A DNA stretch of 64,000 bases from Nitrospirota bacterium (GTDB taxonomy: Bacteria; Nitrospirota; UBA9217). The stretch lies in the NCBI GenBank assembly GCA_029858565.1, contig JAOUEV010000007.1, positions 1-64,000 on the forward strand. The letters are read 5' to 3'. Below the pieces are notes generated by a model. The model ran no database searches. It saw only the letters and a program-made list of their open reading frames with translations, and was not told where the DNA came from. The translations under genes were made by a program, and so were the position numbers. Every line of letters begins with the position of its first letter. The first letter of the stretch is position 1. Positions 59,461-64,000 of this stretch are shown here, in pieces.

Positions 59461-59820
59461 TCAGGGCCTTGTGTCCATTCCGGGCTGTCCCGGCTGCTGA
59501 CCGCGCGGACCGCTGCGGAACTGTCCACCTTGTCCGCCCATCGGACCCATGGGGGGCTCGGGCCGGCACTTTCGGAGCTCGTCGGCGGTCTTGGATGCCT
59601 CGACACATGCCTTTTCCTGCGCCAATCGGGTGCTGCGCTCCTCGAGCATGGAGAGTACCCGTGCCTTCATCTCTGCGAACTGCTCGGGTGTGATCTCCCT
59701 AGCGCCCTTGTCGTGCATCATGGGCGCGCTTCCTCCTCCGGCCCGCTGCTGTGCAGGAGCGGGTCCCGCAAGCATGACCACCAACAGCGCACTACAGACA
59801 ACCATAACAAGATATCTCAT
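59461..59820 (-). CDS. Small periplasmic helical protein
   Basis: RBS AGGAGG; signal peptide; ACVEA..LRKC. Confidence 0.7.
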   Translation of the reverse strand: MRYLVMVVCSALLVVMLAGPAPAQQRAGGGSAPMMHDKGAREITPEQFAEMKARVLSMLEERSTRLAQEKACVEASKTADELRKCRPEPPMGPMGGQGGQFRSGPRGQQPGQPGMDTRP

Positions 59821-60125
59821 GATTCTTTCCTCCTTGCGTACCGGAAATGTTCAGATCCTCTGAAATATATGACACGGTGAACAAGTAAAAGTTAAAGTTG
59901 CCGTGTTGAAGTAACAGATCATCCCGTTCCAGCAAGTATACCCCAAAAATACCCTTTCGGCTTTCTTGTAATCCCCTGACGCCGCCGCTAATATGTGTTG
60001 CGACCATGGTCTTTTCCCGGTCGCGCGCTGGCAATCGTTGCGATATCTTGTAATGATCGTCCGGTCCTGTTCACGGCGAGCGATCATAGACGGGAAAAGC
60101 GGTTCTGAAAGCGAGCGAAGGCGAC

Positions 60126-62807
60126 ATGCGGAGCAAGCTGTCTGACGCGGTTCTTGATCCGATCTACCGAAAGTACACACTCCTGGCGCTCCTGGGATGG
60201 ACCCTTCTTGTTGCGCTCCTCCTGGCCTACGTTATCATCGAGCATCGTCAGCAGGATATCTCTATTCTGGCCAATCAGGCCCGGGCGTCGTTCTCCAAGG
60301 ACCTGCTCTACCGGCGCTGGAATGCGAGGCTCGGCGGCGTGTACGCGCCGGTTTCCGACGAGCTTCGTCCCAATCCCTATCTCGCACACGTTCCCGAACG
60401 GGACATCACAACGTCTTCGGGCAGGAAGCTTACGCTTGTCAATCCCTCCTACATGACCAGGCAGGTCCATGAACTGCAGCTGCGGGACGACGGGACCGTC
60501 AGCCATATCACGAGCCTTCGCCCGCTTCGTCCGGAGAACGCGCCTGATCCCTGGGAAAGAAAAGCTCTGGAACAATTCAACCGCGGCGACAGGGAGGTTG
60601 TCTCAGTGGAGCAGGTGGGAGGGGAAGAACATCTTCGACTGATGCGGCCGCTCCGGACCGAGGCGCCCTGTCTTGCCTGCCATGCCCTCCAGGGCTACCG
60701 CGTGGGTGATGTCCTAGGCGGGATCAGCGTTACTCTGCCCGTCAAGGCCGGCTGGCTCCAGCATGACAAAGACCTCATCGAGCCGCTGATCGTCTTCGGC
60801 ACCATGTGGCTGGCAGGCATCGCGGTCATCGCGGCCGGCTCGGCGAAATTGTCCCTCAGGTCCCGGGCGCTCCGTGACAGCGAGGTGCGGTATCGAACGT
60901 TGTTCGATACGATCCAGGACGGCATCTTCCAGGTCGATGAACAGCGGAACATCCGGTTCATCAATCCCGCGGGAGCCCGCATGCTCGGATACGGGCGTCC
61001 GGATGAAGCTGTCGGCGCTCCCCTGTCGCGTCACTGGCAGGATTATCAGGACTACGTATCCTATGAGAATGACCTGGCAAAGCAGAAGCGGCTTGCGTTG
61101 CTCCTGGTCAATGCCGTCCGACTGGACGGAAGCAGGGCCATCTTCGAGCTAACCGCTCGGGCCCTGGAATCGGCCGACGGTGCCGTGAGCGGCCAGGAGG
61201 GTATCTTCCGCGATATCACGGCCCGGATCGAAGCGGGGATCAAGGCGCAGGAGTTATCGAAGACCATGCGGGAGATCCTTGATCACGCGCCATTCGGGAT
61301 CTACCTGGTCGGTGAAGGTGGCGTCATAGAGTATGTCAATCCTGCAATGCTCGCCATCGCCGGTGACAATTATGAGCAGTTCACCGAGATGAACGTTCTG
61401 GAGTTCCCCAACTACCGGGCCATCGGTCTCTCCGACCGCATAGAGAAGGCATTTTCCGGAGAATACTTCCGGATGGAGCACATCGAGTATGTCTCCTATT
61501 TCGGGAACCGGCGCTCGATACGCAACTTTATCGGGATTCCGATCACTGAACGGGGCGGGCGGAAGGTGTTGATGATCGTCGAAGACATTACGCACCGGGT
61601 GACCGCCGAAGAACGGCATGAGAAGCTGCGCGAGCAGCTTGTCCAGGCCCAGAAGATAGAATCCCTTGGACGGCTTGCGGGGGGAGTTGCTCACGACTTC
61701 AACAACATCCTGTCCGCGATCATAGGCTACAGCGACCTTGCCCTTCGCAAGCTGCCTGAGGACGCCCCGGTCGCAAAGGATATCAGGATCATCCGCTCAT
61801 CAGGCGAACGTGCGGCCCAGGTGGCCCATCAGCTCCTGGCATTCAGCCGGAAACAGGTGCTGGAGATGCGCATTGTGGATGTTAACGCGCTGGTTGCCAA
61901 TCTGGCAAAGATGCTGTCCCGACTGATCGGAGAGGATATCACATTCCGGATCCTGAATGGGACCGCGGCCCTGAACGTTCACGCCGATCCCACTCAGGTG
62001 GAGCAGGTTATTATCAATCTGATGGTCAACGCCCGTGATGCCATGCCCAAGGGGGGAGAGTTGATCCTGGAGACCGGGTTAACAGAACTGACGGAAGCCG
62101 ACGCACAGGAGCACCGGGAGATCGTTCCCGGCCGCTACGTACGAATAGCAGTCACGGATACAGGCGTGGGCATGCCGAAAGCGGTGCAGGATCGGATCTT
62201 CGAACCCTTCTTCACGACCAAGGAGATCGGCAAAGGGACCGGATTGGGTTTGGCAACGGTTTACGGCATCGTGAAGCAGCATAAGGGATATATATATGTT
62301 GCCAGCGAACCGCATAAGGGATCGACATTCACGGTCTATCTGCCGACAGAGATGACTGCCGGTGTTTCCGGAGTACGCGAGGAACGGTCCGTAGAACTGC
62401 CCTGCGGCTCCGGCGCAGTGCTGGTGGTAGAGGACGATGAATCGGTACGCAGCCTGGTCGGAGAGATGATCGGGACGCTCGGCTATACGCCGATCATCGC
62501 ACGGGACAGTCTGGAGGCGCTTGAGATCGTGGAGAAGGACCTGCGCCCGATCGAACTGCTGCTGACCGATGTGGTGATGCCGATCATGAACGGGAAGGAC
62601 CTGTCCGACCTTATCCGGTCAAAGCGGCCGGACATCCGAACGGTCTTCATGTCAGGATACACCGAGGAAGTGATCAGCAGGCATGGAATGCTCGATCCCG
62701 GAATCCTGTTCATCCAGAAGCCGGTCACCCCGGCCAAGCTCGCGGCCAAGCTTTCCGAGGCTCTGCAGCCGGTGCCGAGGGACCAGCCTTCCCATGGATC
62801 TTCCTGA
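60126..62807 (+). CDS. Hybrid histidine kinase with DUF3365-like c-heme sensor, 2 PAS, REC
   Basis: CLACH; [15 protein letters not shown] shared with 12131-14815; GGVAHDFNN; REC LTDVVMP. Confidence 0.92.
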   Translation: MRSKLSDAVLDPIYRKYTLLALLGWTLLVALLLAYVIIEHRQQDISILANQARASFSKDLLYRRWNARLGGVYAPVSDELRPNPYLAHVPERDITTSSGRKLTLVNPSYMTRQVHELQLRDDGTVSHITSLRPLRPENAPDPWERKALEQFNRGDREVVSVEQVGGEEHLRLMRPLRTEAPCLACHALQGYRVGDVLGGISVTLPVKAGWLQHDKDLIEPLIVFGTMWLAGIAVIAAGSAKLSLRSRALRDSEVRYRTLFDTIQDGIFQVDEQRNIRFINPAGARMLGYGRPDEAVGAPLSRHWQDYQDYVSYENDLAKQKRLALLLVNAVRLDGSRAIFELTARALESADGAVSGQEGIFRDITARIEAGIKAQELSKTMREILDHAPFGIYLVGEGGVIEYVNPAMLAIAGDNYEQFTEMNVLEFPNYRAIGLSDRIEKAFSGEYFRMEHIEYVSYFGNRRSIRNFIGIPITERGGRKVLMIVEDITHRVTAEERHEKLREQLVQAQKIESLGRLAGGVAHDFNNILSAIIGYSDLALRKLPEDAPVAKDIRIIRSSGERAAQVAHQLLAFSRKQVLEMRIVDVNALVANLAKMLSRLIGEDITFRILNGTAALNVHADPTQVEQVIINLMVNARDAMPKGGELILETGLTELTEADAQEHREIVPGRYVRIAVTDTGVGMPKAVQDRIFEPFFTTKEIGKGTGLGLATVYGIVKQHKGYIYVASEPHKGSTFTVYLPTEMTAGVSGVREERSVELPCGSGAVLVVEDDESVRSLVGEMIGTLGYTPIIARDSLEALEIVEKDLRPIELLLTDVVMPIMNGKDLSDLIRSKRPDIRTVFMSGYTEEVISRHGMLDPGILFIQKPVTPAKLAAKLSEALQPVPRDQPSHGSS

Positions 62808-63042
62808 TCCCGCCGGATTCTTCATCCTGTTCGTTGCAGGTCATTTGTGTCGCTCCCATGGTTTGTCAGGTCGGGGAGAATACTTTGCCAGCCATGTCAT
62901 GCTATGGCGGTGGGTGACAATAGAGATTAATAATTCGCGTATGAATTTTTTTTATGCTATTTTATCTTGATTTTTGAATAGCATGTTGCTAGTATTCAAA
63001 ACTTGTCACATCCGCTTTTCAAGTTGCTAAATGTGAATTGAA

Positions 63043-63072
63043 GTAACATAAAATTCTATTTGGTAACATAAA
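63043..63072 (+). promoter_or_regulatory. Direct repeat GTAACATAAA x2 in AT-rich promoter region
   Basis: 63043-63052 and 63063-63072, 20-bp period. Confidence 0.45.
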
Positions 63073-63236
63073 TAAATTGCTCTTTAAATACAGCTAGTTA
63101 TCATCGGTACGCGAATCTTCATTTTGTATTCATGTAGTCCGCACTTCATTCACCAGATCAAGGTTACCAGTTCCCCCTGATATTCCGAATGACGGGAAAG
63201 GTGTCTTTTCAGGGCAGAACGAGGGAGGTCTTAGCC

Positions 63237-63725
63237 GTGCTCGAACAAGCGGAAGTCAAATCCATCGACGCTATTTTGAACGATGCCCAGGGCCAGCGGG
63301 GCATGCTGATCGCTGTTCTGCAGAAGGTGCAGGAAAAGGTCGGCTATCTTCCCGAGGACGCCATGCAGATGATCTCGGACCGGCTCGAGCTGTCCTTTTC
63401 CCAGGTCTACGGTGTGGCGTCGTTCTATAAACATTTCCATTTCAAACCCCGAGGGAAGAAGATCGTCAAGGTCTGCATGGGCACGGCCTGCCACGTGCGC
63501 GGCGCCAAGGCCGTGCTGAACGAGCTCGAGTCCAAGCTCGGGGTCAAGGAAGGCGAGACCACCGCGGACCGGTCCGTGACGCTCGAGACCGTGGGCTGCG
63601 TGGGCTGCTGCGCCCTGGCCCCGGTGCTCACGGTGAACGACCAGGACCTCTATGGCGAGCTGACGCCCAAAATGGTGGACGATATCATCGGAACGGTGAG
63701 GAGCGAACATGGAACTCACGTTTAA
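63237..63725 (+). CDS. nuoE: NuoE/HydC-like [2Fe-2S] subunit
   Basis: RBS GGAGG plus GTG; VCMGTACH..GCVGCCALAP. Confidence 0.88.
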   Translation: MLEQAEVKSIDAILNDAQGQRGMLIAVLQKVQEKVGYLPEDAMQMISDRLELSFSQVYGVASFYKHFHFKPRGKKIVKVCMGTACHVRGAKAVLNELESKLGVKEGETTADRSVTLETVGCVGCCALAPVLTVNDQDLYGELTPKMVDDIIGTVRSEHGTHV

Positions 63726-64000
63726 GCGGCTCGAGAATATTGCCGAACTCGCTGCCCTGCGCGAGCGGCTCAAAAAGGAACGCAAGGAGAGCGACGCCCA
63801 CCGCGTGCGCGTCTGCTGCGGAACCGCCTGCCAGGCAACGGGAGCGAACAAGCTGGTCAGCAAGTTCGAGGACGAGGCGGCGAAAAAGGGCGTGAAGCTC
63901 GAGATCGTGAAGACCGGGTGCCAGGGGTTCTGCCAGCGCGGCCCGGTCATGATCCAGGAGCCCCAGGAGATCTTCTACCAGAAGGTGAAGGTCGACGACA
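63709..64000 (+). CDS. nuoF: NuoF/HydB-like subunit, N-terminal thioredoxin-like [2Fe-2S] domain (runs off the window)
   Basis: MELTFKR..RVCCGTAC..TGCQGFCQRGP; overlaps the nuoE end. Confidence 0.8.
   Translation, partial: MELTFKRLENIAELAALRERLKKERKESDAHRVRVCCGTACQATGANKLVSKFEDEAAKKGVKLEIVKTGCQGFCQRGPVMIQEPQEIFYQKVKVDD

Noticed and set aside
1-64000. tRNA, rRNA or prophage
   Set aside because: No cloverleaf or rRNA signatures and no phage structural, terminase or integrase genes recognised by eye.

Overview
Bacterial chromosomal window with a GC-rich background. The multiheme cytochromes, heme-sensor kinases, superoxide reductase and NuoE/NuoF-like genes suggest an anaerobic Nitrospirota- or Desulfobacterota-like organism (inference). 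I found no rRNA, tRNA or CRISPR array. The first ~11 kb, and again 17.7-19.9 kb, is an accessory mosaic: STAND-like ATPase-wHTH-TPR, Fic, RHH/PIN toxin-antitoxin, SDR, lipoprotein, carbonic anhydrase and L,D-transpeptidase genes. They are separated, duplicated or truncated at four families of short repeats: three co-oriented GGGTC/GGGAC-core families plus an AGGCCGG hairpin family. A decayed RAYT-type Y1 (HUH) transposase lies at 17.8 kb. My top candidate for an undescribed system is this repeat-delimited, cassette-like gene array. Other candidates: rsgA coupled to a stand-alone RelA/SpoT-like nucleotidyltransferase; a sigma factor/zinc-finger anti-sigma/M48-TPR-beta-barrel protease operon upstream of DUF1566 surface proteins; a HAMP-heptaheme-HAMP module; a leaderless CutF/CruR-like peptide upstream of a 19-heme-motif surface cytochrome; and a c-heme-sensing c-di-GMP network. 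Many internally deleted gene relics are scattered through the window. All calls come from reading motifs by eye; no searches were run.
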